The notes under the pieces: generated by a model
Database searches by the model: none
What the model was told of the DNA's origin: nothing
Seen by the model: only the letters and a program-made list of their open reading frames with translations
Sequence record: NZ_CP072215.1
Reading direction: 5' to 3' (one strand)
From: a plasmid
Length of the DNA: 64,000 bases
Part shown: piece after piece, positions 48,422 to 58,910 of the stretch
How the letters are laid out: every line of letters starts with the position of its first letter
How positions within the stretch are numbered: the first letter of the stretch is position 1
Translations under genes and position numbers: made by a program

Positions 48422-49894
48422 TTATAAGTCATTGAAAGCCCGGTTGATGGTGCTGGCTATCGGACGGGCCATTTCCTTGCTGTTGTCGGGTTTGGGTGTG
48501 CTGGCCAGTTTGACATCTCCCAGTGTCTTTGTGCTGCCTTCCATCCCGAAAATCTTTTGTACGGCTATCAGTGTGTTGGCTTGCACACCCGTTTCACGCA
48601 TCCGGGTAAGGTCTTCTTGAGTGAGCCGGTACCCTTCTTTCTGTATCTCTTGGATGACATGAAAGTTGTCGGTCTGTGCGGCATCCAACAGACGTGCGGC
48701 CTGCCTTTCATGTTCGCCCTGTTCTTCCGGCTTGGTGCCGAACAGCTGGATGACTTCATGGGTTTGCCTTTCATCCAGACCGTGTTCCTTACCGATTCCT
48801 TTGATAAACTCTTCACTGGGTTTATATCCTTCCTCTTTGAGCTTCCCGATTTTTTCAAAGTCATGTTTGCCCACCGCTTCCTTAAACTCGGCTTCCATAT
48901 TGCGCCCCTCTTCGTGTTTTTGCTCTTTTGCAGCTTCTATGTTGGCCGCATGGGCTTCCAGTTTGGGGGTCATGGCCTTGATCAGCTCTTGTGCCTTGCC
49001 GGGAGTGATACTCTGTATGTTCTGTATCATGACTCCTTTCCTGTCATCCGTCAGTTGGATGTCGGCAATGAAGTAGCCTTCCGGACTGTGCAGCAGCTTG
49101 TTCTCCAGTGCATGGCCGTTGGCGAGCAGGTATTTGTCGGCTTTGGTTAACTTGTAGCCGCCATATTCGCTGGTCTGCCCGATGATGTCGGGAATCTTGA
49201 TTTCCTGGTTGGTGCGCAGGATGACGGAGTTCAGATCCCGGTCAACTTGCAGCAGGATGTCCTTCTTATTTACGGTGATGGGTACGATGTCACCGGCAAG
49301 CAGCTGTTCTTTCTCTTTCTTGCCCAACTTCTTTCCCAGCACCTTGTCCGGGATAACCAACGCCTCTTTGCGGTAGAATACGGAGATTCCGTCATCGTTG
49401 AAACGGAGCTTCCCCGGTTTGCCGTGTATCTCCATCAAATCAGACATGACACCCTTTTCCAGCTTGGTGCCTTTCCCGTCGAGGATGTTCCCTTGCTTGT
49501 AGGCGTATTCATAGAGCGACTGTCCGGTGTAGCATACCTTCAGGCGATGGTCGATGACGGTAAAGCCGTCCTTGTCATGTCCCTTCAGGTTCTCCCACCG
49601 CTTGATGCTGATGCCATCCTTCTCCAGCTCGGCGACATATTTAGGATCATTGGCACGTTCCTTGTCAAAAAGGGCGGATACACGTTCTTTTGATTGGTCA
49701 CGAAGGCTTTCATCGTACTTTGCTCCGGCTTTTTCCCTGATTTCGCTTACGCTCATGCTCAGCTCTTCCCCGTCTTTGCGGAACCGGAAATATCCGTCCC
49801 GGTATTCGGTCTGATAGCCCAGTGATTCGGCGATGCCGCCGAACTGTCCCACGTTGTCGAACATATAGGTGTCTAATGCTTCTCTCAGTTTCAT
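48422..49894 (-). CDS. ICE-associated DUF3945/DUF4099-like protein
   Basis: 490 aa with internal repeated KEEGYxxxE segments. It occupies the position between TraN and ArdC that these families typically take. Confidence 0.4.
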   Translation of the reverse strand: MKLREALDTYMFDNVGQFGGIAESLGYQTEYRDGYFRFRKDGEELSMSVSEIREKAGAKYDESLRDQSKERVSALFDKERANDPKYVAELEKDGISIKRWENLKGHDKDGFTVIDHRLKVCYTGQSLYEYAYKQGNILDGKGTKLEKGVMSDLMEIHGKPGKLRFNDDGISVFYRKEALVIPDKVLGKKLGKKEKEQLLAGDIVPITVNKKDILLQVDRDLNSVILRTNQEIKIPDIIGQTSEYGGYKLTKADKYLLANGHALENKLLHSPEGYFIADIQLTDDRKGVMIQNIQSITPGKAQELIKAMTPKLEAHAANIEAAKEQKHEEGRNMEAEFKEAVGKHDFEKIGKLKEEGYKPSEEFIKGIGKEHGLDERQTHEVIQLFGTKPEEQGEHERQAARLLDAAQTDNFHVIQEIQKEGYRLTQEDLTRMRETGVQANTLIAVQKIFGMEGSTKTLGDVKLASTPKPDNSKEMARPIASTINRAFNDL

Positions 49895-51003
49895 GGCTGT
49901 GGCTTGTATAAGGGTTCTGCGGAAAGGATGTATTCGTTCAACACGGCCAGCTTGATGTGCCGCCCGCCGTTTCGCTCGTAAATCTCGATCTCGAATACCT
50001 TATCATCGGGTATCGTGAATTTGTCGAAACCAAGTATCAGCCGGTTCCGGCTCTTGCCCTTGATTTTCGTATCAAAATCTTTCTGATAGATAGGTTCGAT
50101 GGTCGTTTCTTGCTGGATGGCGTTCTTGCTCTTCTTTTGGTCACGCTGGAAACATTTGACAAACTCGATGTCGTAGTCGATGTATGATTTGTTTTTCAGG
50201 TCAAAGATGAAAAACATGAAGTCCTCATGCACATACAGATTGGCCATTGACAACTCAAACTTGTTCTCGATGACCCCCAGGCTGTAGATGTTGCGCTTCT
50301 TGGTGCGCAGCTCTTGGATGCATCTTTCCATTTCCTCGCTGTTCACATCCACATGGGCGGTATATTTGCGCTGGTCATCAAAATTGTAGGTGAATACGGA
50401 GGTATTGCCCCGTTTGATGGTGATGTGGTAAGTGTTCATGGCCTTATCCACCACAAACAGGTTGGAATATGCCACGGCATCTTTGGCGGTTGATACTTTC
50501 AACTGGTTGTTGTAGGCGGCCAGAGTGAAGGACACCTCGTTGCCGGGCGTTCCGTAAGCGATGTCCTCCGGAAAGAAGAACTCGGCCAGATGGAGGTCGC
50601 TGACTTCTGCCTGATAGTCATGGTGCTGCCATTTCCCGTTGTCCTCGTAAATGTTCGGGTACGAATCCGTGCCGCCTTCGGGAAGGTAGCGGATGTGATA
50701 GGTGTAAACGCTTCCGTCGATGCAGACTACGGTCAGGTTGGTCTCTTCGGTGAATCCTTCCGCTTGCGCCGAGAGCCTGACGATATGGGGCGCCTCTTCT
50801 ACCCGGCTGGCCATGACAAGCTCCTGTTCGCCGATGGCGATATCAGATACTTGCACAGGAAATACCAGGTGTTTCACACAGTCGAAAGAGATAAAGATGT
50901 CTTTTTGGCTGATGGCTTGTTTCCGGGGAGTGCCGTTTTCCTGAGCGAAGAGCGGCAGACTGCACACAAAGCAGTAAAACAGTAGATAAATATATTTCTT
51001 CAT
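49891..51003 (-). CDS. traN: Conjugative transposon protein TraN
   Basis: Signal peptide. Size of about 370 aa and position after TraM. Confidence 0.7.
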   Translation of the reverse strand: MKKYIYLLFYCFVCSLPLFAQENGTPRKQAISQKDIFISFDCVKHLVFPVQVSDIAIGEQELVMASRVEEAPHIVRLSAQAEGFTEETNLTVVCIDGSVYTYHIRYLPEGGTDSYPNIYEDNGKWQHHDYQAEVSDLHLAEFFFPEDIAYGTPGNEVSFTLAAYNNQLKVSTAKDAVAYSNLFVVDKAMNTYHITIKRGNTSVFTYNFDDQRKYTAHVDVNSEEMERCIQELRTKKRNIYSLGVIENKFELSMANLYVHEDFMFFIFDLKNKSYIDYDIEFVKCFQRDQKKSKNAIQQETTIEPIYQKDFDTKIKGKSRNRLILGFDKFTIPDDKVFEIEIYERNGGRHIKLAVLNEYILSAEPLYKPQP

Positions 51004-51015
51004 GTTGTCGATATG

Positions 51016-51201
51016 TTAAACGGTTCTTGAAAAAAAGGCGGTGAATACGGTAATGCCCCATAGAAGAAGCAGGGTAATGCCGAAAGAAACGGTCAGCGGA
51101 CGGATTTCTTTAAAGGCTCGTCCGTTCCGGCGTGATACGTAGATCCGATAGCCGAAAAAGACCGCTGACAGCGCAAGCAGGTAATTGAGAATGTCTATCA
51201 T
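51016..51201 (-). CDS. Small membrane protein between traM and traN
   Basis: 61 aa with two TM helices. Confidence 0.3.
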   Translation of the reverse strand: MIDILNYLLALSAVFFGYRIYVSRRNGRAFKEIRPLTVSFGITLLLLWGITVFTAFFSRTV

Positions 51202-52517
51202 AATTTGTCTATCAATGTTTGAAGGGGATGATTTTTCTTGTTCGTTTTCTCTTGTTCCATTTGCTCATAGAGCTTCTGTAACTCCGCTTGCACGGCTTGC
51301 CTACGCAACTTCGATTCCTGACTCTCTTCTTGGATATACATTTCGTAGTTGGACTTGAGATGTACCTTCACTTGTGAGAGGCTCATGTTCAAGATTTGCT
51401 TGGCTACCTGGGTGGTGGCGTTGACTACGCTGGTCACTTCGCTGGCCATCGTGCCGATGGAAGAGAGCGGCATGTCAATGTTCTGTACAAGACCTTGTTC
51501 CATACGCTTGGCTGCACTGGCTTTCAGGTTATTGGGCAGGTTCAAACCTTCCATGGCATCATTGTCGAAGACAACCACCGATACGGGATTGAGGTTGTCT
51601 CCTACCTTCAGGTTGCTGACTACCACATCGAGGCGGTTGGCTCCCAAAGTGGCGATACCGTAAAACAGCGTGTTGGCCGGTATCTTCATGCCGGATAGGG
51701 TTACGTCCTGAAGCAACCGCATCCGTACCGTACTGCCCGTGACTACGGTCTGGTCGCCGTGGATGCAAGCCCTGAAGAGGTTGCTGTTTCCCGGTGCGGA
51801 GGTCGGTTGGCGGCGTACCCGCTTGCCGTTTTCGGCATGGTAGATCGGGCCTTTTTGCATCAGGCTGTCGGCGGATGGATGGCCGGAAGGGTTGGCAGCG
51901 GCTTTCTCCGTTTTTCCCTCTTGGTCATAATTGACAATCCGTTCATACATGCGCTTGCGGTATTTGTCGGATTCTTCCAGTTCCTTGCGGATGCGTGAGT
52001 TCTTCTTGGCTTCCCGGATAATCTCGTTGAGCGCCTGCTCGTCCTCCAGTCCGTCCAGTTGGCTTTCCAGCTGATGAGAGAAGCGTCCGTTCCGGCCACC
52101 TCCGTATTCTGCCATGACTTCGCTGTACGGATCGTTCTGCATACGGCGGATGCGCTCCAGTGTGGCACGGTCATACCGCTCCTGCTGGTTTTGCAGCTCG
52201 AAGTAAAAATCAGATCCTTTGACCTGAGACTCTTTCAGGATGCGTGCCTTCTCCTGCTCTTCCAGTTTGTCCTGCTTATAGGCTTCCATCTTGTCGTTCA
52301 CCTTGTCGGCCATTTCCGACTGTGGTTCCAAAAAGGCTTGCGAGGCGGCCTGTCTGTCACTCCCTGACGGCACGTTCCCGTCCTCACGGATGAAGAATAC
52401 ATAAAGGAAGAGGATGCCCAGGATTACCGGGATGGCCATCAACAGCTTGTTCTTGTCTTTGATAAGTTTATTCGGTTCCATGGTCGGTTGGTTTAGAGGT
52501 TTCTGACTGGTTTTCAT
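51198..52517 (-). CDS. traM: Conjugative transposon protein TraM
   Basis: Single N-terminal TM segment followed by a Glu/Gln-rich coiled region and a C-terminal beta domain. Start set at the internal Met MKTSQK. Confidence 0.65.
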   Translation of the reverse strand: MKTSQKPLNQPTMEPNKLIKDKNKLLMAIPVILGILFLYVFFIREDGNVPSGSDRQAASQAFLEPQSEMADKVNDKMEAYKQDKLEEQEKARILKESQVKGSDFYFELQNQQERYDRATLERIRRMQNDPYSEVMAEYGGGRNGRFSHQLESQLDGLEDEQALNEIIREAKKNSRIRKELEESDKYRKRMYERIVNYDQEGKTEKAAANPSGHPSADSLMQKGPIYHAENGKRVRRQPTSAPGNSNLFRACIHGDQTVVTGSTVRMRLLQDVTLSGMKIPANTLFYGIATLGANRLDVVVSNLKVGDNLNPVSVVVFDNDAMEGLNLPNNLKASAAKRMEQGLVQNIDMPLSSIGTMASEVTSVVNATTQVAKQILNMSLSQVKVHLKSNYEMYIQEESQESKLRRQAVQAELQKLYEQMEQEKTNKKNHPLQTLIDKL

Positions 52518-53166
52518 TCTTGCCCGGAGAAGCTGCCTGCGATGTGTTGGTGCCGTTGCTTTCCACGGGTTCGGAATAGCGGACAATCCAATCTTCTATC
52601 TTGGCTCCGTGCGCATTTTCCTCGCTGCGGGACAGCATATCATAGATGGTGAACTCCGCTTCGATATTACGTGAGATGCTTCCCCGTGCCCGGTACCCGG
52701 TCTGCGTGAAGATTATCTTTCCGGAAACGGGTATCGTTTGTGTGTTAATCTCTACATCCTTGATGCGTACCCCGTAACGGATATTCTTTTGTATGAGTGA
52801 GTTCAGCATATTCACATCGTTGTACTCGTTCAACAGCTCCTTCCCCTTGTTGCCTATGAGGTTGAGCGCAAGCGAAATGTTCTTCTCGTAGCTGCTCTCG
52901 TCAAAGGCATACCAGTGGGTTACGAAGGTCTTTACATGGTTCATGTATTCGTATTGCCGCATATCGCTGGCAGACAGGCTGCTTGCCTCATAGACTTCTC
53001 CCTGCCTGTCGATGACGAGAGCCTGGCCGTATGCTTTTTCTATTTTGTTGATAAGGAAGATGATACTGCTGGCAAAAGCGATAGTCAGAATGATGCAGTA
53101 CCCGGCTGAAAGCCGGATAGTCAGCTTGACCGCATCATCTGCTCCTTTGAATTTCATCAGATTCAT
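52468..53166 (-). CDS. traK: Conjugative transposon protein TraK
   Basis: N-terminal TM segment, about 230 aa. Confidence 0.65.
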   Translation of the reverse strand: MNLMKFKGADDAVKLTIRLSAGYCIILTIAFASSIIFLINKIEKAYGQALVIDRQGEVYEASSLSASDMRQYEYMNHVKTFVTHWYAFDESSYEKNISLALNLIGNKGKELLNEYNDVNMLNSLIQKNIRYGVRIKDVEINTQTIPVSGKIIFTQTGYRARGSISRNIEAEFTIYDMLSRSEENAHGAKIEDWIVRYSEPVESNGTNTSQAASPGKNENQSETSKPTDHGTE

Positions 53167-53170
53167 AGTT

Positions 53171-54226
53171 CTATTTTTTATTGTTGTCGTTTATGAAACT
53201 TGCCCCGATAGAGGCGGCACCGCCTACGTTGGTCAGCTTGCCGCCTGCCGCTGCGCCTCCCATCAGGGCGATGGTGGCCGCCGTGGTGACGATTGACACG
53301 GTTTTCGAAATGATTTTCCCGGCATCGCTGTGTCCTACGATTTTGGAGGATAGCCAGAAACAGCTGCAATAAGCACCAATCAGGGCGAGATCCATTCCTA
53401 AATATTGTATCTGCTGCGTAGCTGCGTCCACCATGTCGGCACTTTCCGTATAGATGGCCTTGAAGGTCTGCCATATGATTTGGTTCAGAATATTGATGAC
53501 GGTGAATACCATACAGGCGGAGCAGAGCGTACCGAACCAGATACTCAACTGTTTCTGAAAGACCGGCAACATGCTTACGGCAAAGACAAACGGGCCGAGA
53601 ATGACCAGTAGCTTGACAATGACCACGCCGATACCCAAGATGACTACTTGTATGATTCCTACCAATAGGGCGGAAATGCCATGAAGCACAAGGGTGGCGA
53701 GGTTGGCGGGGTTGAGCAGCTGCACAATCTTCTCCACGCTGGAGCGTACACCGGTCATTTCGTCCTCTTCCATCTTTTTATCCAGTTCGTGCTGCATGGC
53801 GCCGGTGCTGTCTTCTCCGGCTGCTACCTCCGACTGGAGGCTGTGTTTGTCGTATTCGGCAATCATCTCTCCTTGTTCGATGGCTGATTGTGCCATGAAC
53901 TGGGCAAATTCCTGCGCACGCTCGGAGGTCAGCGAGGTGGCTTCGTTGATTACTTCCATCGTGCCTACGATGGTTTGGGCGATGGGGGTGTATATGCTTA
54001 GGCAGAAGAACAGTACCAGGCAACGGGCGATTTCCATCATGTCGGGAAATTTGTCCTCATTCGGGCTTAACAGCTGGCTGGCTCCGTGATAGAGATAGTT
54101 GTATGCTAGGTTGCAGATAAAGCAGATGACACCAACACCGAAGGCGATGACTGTCATTTGCGAAACGAGTTCCATCGTCAGACCGTCCGTGATCTGAAGT
54201 CCCCAGAGAAAATTATCTTGATTCAT
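53171..54226 (-). CDS. traJ: Conjugative transposon protein TraJ (polytopic membrane, VirB6-like)
   Basis: 351 aa with multiple TM helices. Confidence 0.7.
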   Translation of the reverse strand: MNQDNFLWGLQITDGLTMELVSQMTVIAFGVGVICFICNLAYNYLYHGASQLLSPNEDKFPDMMEIARCLVLFFCLSIYTPIAQTIVGTMEVINEATSLTSERAQEFAQFMAQSAIEQGEMIAEYDKHSLQSEVAAGEDSTGAMQHELDKKMEEDEMTGVRSSVEKIVQLLNPANLATLVLHGISALLVGIIQVVILGIGVVIVKLLVILGPFVFAVSMLPVFQKQLSIWFGTLCSACMVFTVINILNQIIWQTFKAIYTESADMVDAATQQIQYLGMDLALIGAYCSCFWLSSKIVGHSDAGKIISKTVSIVTTAATIALMGGAAAGGKLTNVGGAASIGASFINDNNKK

Positions 54227-54232
54227 AACGCT

Positions 54233-54829
54233 TTAATTGGTGTGTCGTGTGAAAGCGGCCAACCGTCCCTGGTAATAGGTCTTCCGGTTATGCCCCTTCA
54301 TGGATTTGTAAATGACCGTGGAACGCACGGATTCGTTAAACTCACGCATCTCTTCGGCGGCTTTTTCCACCGATTCCTTCACCTGCTCGATAAAGGACAT
54401 GCGCCCTTCCGAGTTCATCGAGAAGTAACTGGTCACGGTGGCCACCTTGAACAGCAGGTCGGTACTCAGGCTCAGATTGACGGTCACACGCTGAAAGTTG
54501 AGAAATTTCAGGCAGTGGTAATTCGATCCTACGTTCAGGTAAAAGCTGTAGTCGCTGCTCAGGCAGGCTACGTCGTCCAGCAGGTCGGCAAGCTCTTTCA
54601 ATGATTTGAGTTCCTTCAACTGGTCGATCTTTTGCAGGCCGAGCCGCAGTTCCTGGGCATCGATCATTTCATTGATTTGTGTAACCCATTTCTTGACATT
54701 GGCGATCCATTCCGTTGAGTTCAGCAGGGTGTGGCCGGGATCATGCACGACGAACTGGGCATGAACACTGCCGGTTCCCATCAGCCCTATCGAGGCGGCA
54801 AGTCCGAGTATGAGAATGATTCTTTTCAT
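54233..54829 (-). CDS. traI: Conjugative transposon protein TraI
   Basis: Signal peptide (MKRIILILGLAASIGLMGTGSVHAQ). Start set at an internal Met. Confidence 0.6.
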   Translation of the reverse strand: MKRIILILGLAASIGLMGTGSVHAQFVVHDPGHTLLNSTEWIANVKKWVTQINEMIDAQELRLGLQKIDQLKELKSLKELADLLDDVACLSSDYSFYLNVGSNYHCLKFLNFQRVTVNLSLSTDLLFKVATVTSYFSMNSEGRMSFIEQVKESVEKAAEEMREFNESVRSTVIYKSMKGHNRKTYYQGRLAAFTRHTN

Positions 54830-54834
54830 GACGG

Positions 54835-55056
54835 TTATTTGTTGGTGATGAATAATAGGGTGAATATGACACATACCAGCCAGGCTGTCAGATAGCTCTT
54901 GGCATTTTCCTTTTTCGTGGCGAGTGCCCATACCACGAAAATGAGCGCAACGCCCAAAAGTGCGGCGGCAATGCTTCCGGCAAGATTGTATGCGCTGCCG
55001 TTGAAGTCGGTTGACCAGCCTAGAAGGGCGGTCAGCCCTTGGGTGGCGTCATCCAT
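54835..55056 (-). CDS. Small membrane protein (TraH-like)
   Basis: 73 aa with two TM helices, between traG and traI. Confidence 0.4.
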   Translation of the reverse strand: MDDATQGLTALLGWSTDFNGSAYNLAGSIAAALLGVALIFVVWALATKKENAKSYLTAWLVCVIFTLLFITNK

Positions 55057-57655
55057 ACTTTTTCCTCCTTTCCTCCAGATAGCGGTTGATGGCCGTATAG
55101 GTCGAGCCGCTTTCGTTGAACAACTGCTTCAGTCGTACTACTGTCGCCTGGCGCGAATCGAAGGCTACGGCGGCGAAGTCGGACACCTCGTTGCGGAAGA
55201 TGAAGGCATCGTTCGACATCTTGATGAAAAACTCTCTCCAGCGTTCCGTGCGCTGCAACGACTCGATCATATAGGCCTCTTCGTCCGTGATGGAAAGCAC
55301 GGCTTTCACTTCCGGCAGGTTCTGCCGGTGTTCTGAATGGTCGAGGATAATCTTGGTCGCGCAGTTGATGATGATGGAGTCCTTGATACTGGACGGCATG
55401 TTTTTCAAAAACAGGATGTTCTGTGCGGCCAGCGTGATGCTTCCCTCCTTTTTACGGAAGGTTCGGTACAGGTAGGCGATGAAGTCTCCGAATTTCTCGT
55501 CTTGCAGGAAGTCGAGTGCTTCGTCGATGATTAGCTCTTTGGCAAACCCCTGGCGTTTCTTGATTTTATCCACGATCATTTGCAGGGTGATGATGGCAAC
55601 GAGTGGAAAGTACTCTTTCTTAGAGGCATCTTCCATATCGAAGGCTATCAGCCGGTCATGCACGATATCCACGTTCTCGGTAGCGTTCAGCAGGAATGAC
55701 AGCTCTCCGTCCGTATAGGGTTCCAGTAAAAGCAACAGCTCCTCTATCTCGAATTTCTGTTTCTCAAACTCGGTCATCCGTTTGCTGAACACTTCCTTCA
55801 GATAAGCCCGGTAAGTTATCAGCGTCGGGAAGATACGCTCATGCTTCTCTCCTATTGAAGAATTGTTCACATAGTCGTAAAATCCGATGACGGATTTCCT
55901 GAGAATGGCGTTTTCGGCAGGCAGCATGGGTTCACGTACCTTCCAAATGTAGCTGATAATGGCGACGATGGTCTTTATCTGGTCATCGGCAGACTCGGCA
56001 TCCGTGGTGTCGATGTACAGGTATTTGCCGTTCTTGTCACGGTCACACAAGAAGGGGTTGAACGCAAATTTCTTCTGCTCGGTAGAGTCGAAGTATTTGC
56101 CCCGGTTCAAGGCTATCATCGAGCGGTAAGAGCCGCCGATGTCAATGATCATCACATCCCGGCCCAGCTCATAGCTTTGCAGGATGTAATTGTTCAGCCA
56201 GAAAGATTTACCGGAACCGGACGGGCCGATAACGATGCGGTTCTTGTTGTTCAGCGCCGGATAATCCCAGAGGTTTATCTTGGCGGGAGTACCGAAACGG
56301 TCATGGTAGATATGCCCTTTCTCGTCCGAAAGGTACATCCCCTCTTTTTGCAGATAGCAGATGGCCTGCTTGGTCGTGTTGACGAAGCCCCGGTAATTGG
56401 CCCTGGCATTGCCGGGTATGTTGCAGAAGAACAGGTTGCACAGCTCGGCGTTCTCCACATAGCACGAACTTTGGTTCATAAAGCTGAAGCCTTGCTGTAC
56501 CAGTGCGGTTTTCCGCATGAGCGAGGTGCGGTCTGTATCGTTCAGCACGACATTGAAGGCGGTATAGGCGGTCTGGTAGTCGAACTGGGTAATCTCATCG
56601 CAGAAGGCTGCCTGCTCGCGTTGCTTCTCTGCCGCCGGAGGGTAGAAGTTGGTGATGTAGTTCAGCGCGTCTTTCTCCGCACCGATGGCCGTTACGGTGG
56701 CATCTGGATCGGTTATCTCTATCACGATGTTTACGATGTGGTTGAACGGCAGGCCAAGTCCTACGGGGTACAGCATCGAGCATTTGCTCCGTATGCTGTC
56801 CGGTATCTCTATGTTTCCCCCGTATGCCTTCGACTTGCCGGTGTGCGGCACGGCCAGTTCCTGAAGATGCTCGCCTTCGTTGGTCAGCGAAAGGATGGAA
56901 ACGTGCTGCTGCCCTATTTTCATGCTTCCGCTTTCACTGACAGCCATAGGGTTGACGCTCTTCTGCGTGGCATCGTTTTCCGGTGTCTCGTAAGAGAGGT
57001 TGACGTAGTCGTAGATGGCGTTGTTCAGTTCCGTATCATCCATCTTGCGTATCTCAAACTGCTGGATGGACGACAAACCGTTCTCAAAGTTCATCAGAAA
57101 GGCTTCCATTTCTGTCAGCCGTTGCTGATATTCCTTATAAGGTTGCTTGAACGGGTAGTGCAGCTTTCGCATCAGCGAGGTGCCCGATGCGCTTTTGCGT
57201 ATCTTACCGTTTCGGCTGCCGTTCGTGAACGTCACATACAGGTTGGTGTAACTGTTCAGTATCTCCTTGCCGTTGAAATGACGGTTGTTCTCCGCTATCA
57301 GGGCATTGGAAGAGTATTCTGCATGATGGTATCGCCCCGTATAGTAGAAATTCTGCTGATGGATGACCGTGCCTGCCGGAAGCAGCTTCAAAAGAGCCTC
57401 CAACCGCTCATGGATGTATTGCGCCTCGCTTTCCGACAAGGTGAACACTTCGGGCAGAAGCAGCCGGTAGCCGACGGTGATGTCACCGTTCCCGTTGATG
57501 ACGGCGTTCTCCGTGATGGTCTGGATAGGCAAGACACTTTCCAGATCCACGGATTTGTCCTTCACCTCTATCTCTGTCTGCCGGATATACAGCAGAGCAA
57601 TCAGCAGGCACAGCGCACAGATTAGCAGGGATATGAGTATGATGATTCCTATCAT
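55049..57655 (-). CDS. traG: TraG-family conjugative ATPase (VirB4-like)
   Basis: 868 aa with Walker A (GPSGSGKS) and VirB4-like C-terminal motifs. Confidence 0.9.
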   Translation of the reverse strand: MIGIIILISLLICALCLLIALLYIRQTEIEVKDKSVDLESVLPIQTITENAVINGNGDITVGYRLLLPEVFTLSESEAQYIHERLEALLKLLPAGTVIHQQNFYYTGRYHHAEYSSNALIAENNRHFNGKEILNSYTNLYVTFTNGSRNGKIRKSASGTSLMRKLHYPFKQPYKEYQQRLTEMEAFLMNFENGLSSIQQFEIRKMDDTELNNAIYDYVNLSYETPENDATQKSVNPMAVSESGSMKIGQQHVSILSLTNEGEHLQELAVPHTGKSKAYGGNIEIPDSIRSKCSMLYPVGLGLPFNHIVNIVIEITDPDATVTAIGAEKDALNYITNFYPPAAEKQREQAAFCDEITQFDYQTAYTAFNVVLNDTDRTSLMRKTALVQQGFSFMNQSSCYVENAELCNLFFCNIPGNARANYRGFVNTTKQAICYLQKEGMYLSDEKGHIYHDRFGTPAKINLWDYPALNNKNRIVIGPSGSGKSFWLNNYILQSYELGRDVMIIDIGGSYRSMIALNRGKYFDSTEQKKFAFNPFLCDRDKNGKYLYIDTTDAESADDQIKTIVAIISYIWKVREPMLPAENAILRKSVIGFYDYVNNSSIGEKHERIFPTLITYRAYLKEVFSKRMTEFEKQKFEIEELLLLLEPYTDGELSFLLNATENVDIVHDRLIAFDMEDASKKEYFPLVAIITLQMIVDKIKKRQGFAKELIIDEALDFLQDEKFGDFIAYLYRTFRKKEGSITLAAQNILFLKNMPSSIKDSIIINCATKIILDHSEHRQNLPEVKAVLSITDEEAYMIESLQRTERWREFFIKMSNDAFIFRNEVSDFAAVAFDSRQATVVRLKQLFNESGSTYTAINRYLEERRKKYG

Positions 57656-57963
57656 GGTTGCTGTTTTAGGATGAATTTGAAAATCTGCCGTTTGTCCGTT
57701 ATCTGCCGGGGGGTGGCGTTCTTGATCCGGAGGCCGGTCAGGTAGTCCGGGTTACCGGCCTTGTGTTCCTTTTTCAAGGTTTGGAACAGCAGACCGGATA
57801 GAAACAGAATGGCGGAAATGATTCCGATGATGAGTATCGGGTGCAGCTGCTTGAATATGCTCACGATGATGATGATGGCCGTCAGCAGCATGAAGATGGC
57901 GAACTGTCCCGATGACAGACCGAAGAACTTGATCGGCTTGTTGATTTTACGCATGGTTCTCAT
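57652..57963 (-). CDS. traF: Conjugative transposon protein TraF (VirB3-like)
   Basis: 103 aa with two TM helices, overlapping the traG start. Confidence 0.65.
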   Translation of the reverse strand: MRTMRKINKPIKFFGLSSGQFAIFMLLTAIIIIVSIFKQLHPILIIGIISAILFLSGLLFQTLKKEHKAGNPDYLTGLRIKNATPRQITDKRQIFKFILKQQP

Positions 57964-57975
57964 GGCTCTTCGTTT

Positions 57976-58320
57976 TTAGATAATCAGGAAGGCTACCATG
58001 ATGACTACCACGGCGATGATCCAGCCGAGCAGGTATTCCTTGGCATGGGGATTGTTCGTGGCAAGCGAATAGATGACAAAGACCAGAGCGATGCCGAGTA
58101 CCGCCGCCAAAATGTATTTGGCTACGTCCAGAATGGTGTCCGCACCCTCTTTGGCTTTGTCTGTCACTTCGGATAGGCTGTTAATCTTCAGGCCGCTTTG
58201 TGCCTCCGCCACTTGTGCCGTTCCCAACAGCGTGAAGAATATGAGAAAGGTGAAGATAACCTTTCCATAGCGGTTAATGACTTGGTTCGCTTTTTCTCTT
58301 ACATTTTCGATTGCTTTCAT
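57976..58320 (-). CDS. traE: Conjugative transposon protein TraE (VirB2/pilin-like)
   Basis: 114 aa with a signal/TM segment and a second C-terminal TM helix. Confidence 0.65.
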   Translation of the reverse strand: MKAIENVREKANQVINRYGKVIFTFLIFFTLLGTAQVAEAQSGLKINSLSEVTDKAKEGADTILDVAKYILAAVLGIALVFVIYSLATNNPHAKEYLLGWIIAVVVIMVAFLII

Positions 58321-58338
58321 TTTGTTCCTATTTTTTAA

Positions 58339-58707
58339 TTAAACATGAATCGTTTTCAGTCTCTCCCATTGCACATCCTTATACTTGATGGATATGGGCT
58401 CTTCTTTCGGCTGTTCCGGCAGTGGTTTGCCTGAGTAGTAGTAGGCTCTTCCATGCAGGTACATATCGGCTATCTCGGCAGCCAATTCCTCTTCTTCCAG
58501 CTCAGGCTGAAATACCACGCAGATGACCGGACAGGCTCTCTCCTGCCCTTCCTTGCGCACCGCCTCCCTTATCGGCTTCTCTTTCTCCTTTCCGGAAGAA
58601 AGTGCTTTCTTCTTTTTCCGAAAGTAAAAGTGAAGCGTGACACAGGCGAGTATGGCAACCAGTATCAAATCCACTACGTTCATAAGAGTTGCCAGATAAT
58701 GAGCCAA
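58339..58707 (-). CDS. Hypothetical protein (TraD-like position)
   Basis: 122 aa with one N-terminal TM helix. Confidence 0.35.
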   Translation of the reverse strand: MAHYLATLMNVVDLILVAILACVTLHFYFRKKKKALSSGKEKEKPIREAVRKEGQERACPVICVVFQPELEEEELAAEIADMYLHGRAYYYSGKPLPEQPKEEPISIKYKDVQWERLKTIHV

Positions 58708-58892
58708 GTGACCAATGCCGTGATATAGGTGATGATGGCCTCTTTGGTGCGCTCGTGGTTGCTTATCAGCTTTTTAAGTACCGCTAGTCCGGCACATAGA
58801 AAGCCTACCCCTATCAGCATGGCGCCTATTTCACGGTATAAGGAGATCAGGCCGGATACATTTGTATCGGCTAACAATATGATAATAAGCAT
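58680..58892 (-). CDS. Small membrane protein (TraC-like position)
   Basis: 70 aa with two TM helices. Confidence 0.3.
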   Translation of the reverse strand: MLIIILLADTNVSGLISLYREIGAMLIGVGFLCAGLAVLKKLISNHERTKEAIITYITALVTWLIIWQLL

Positions 58893-58910
58893 GGTGATAT
58901 GATTTGTCGG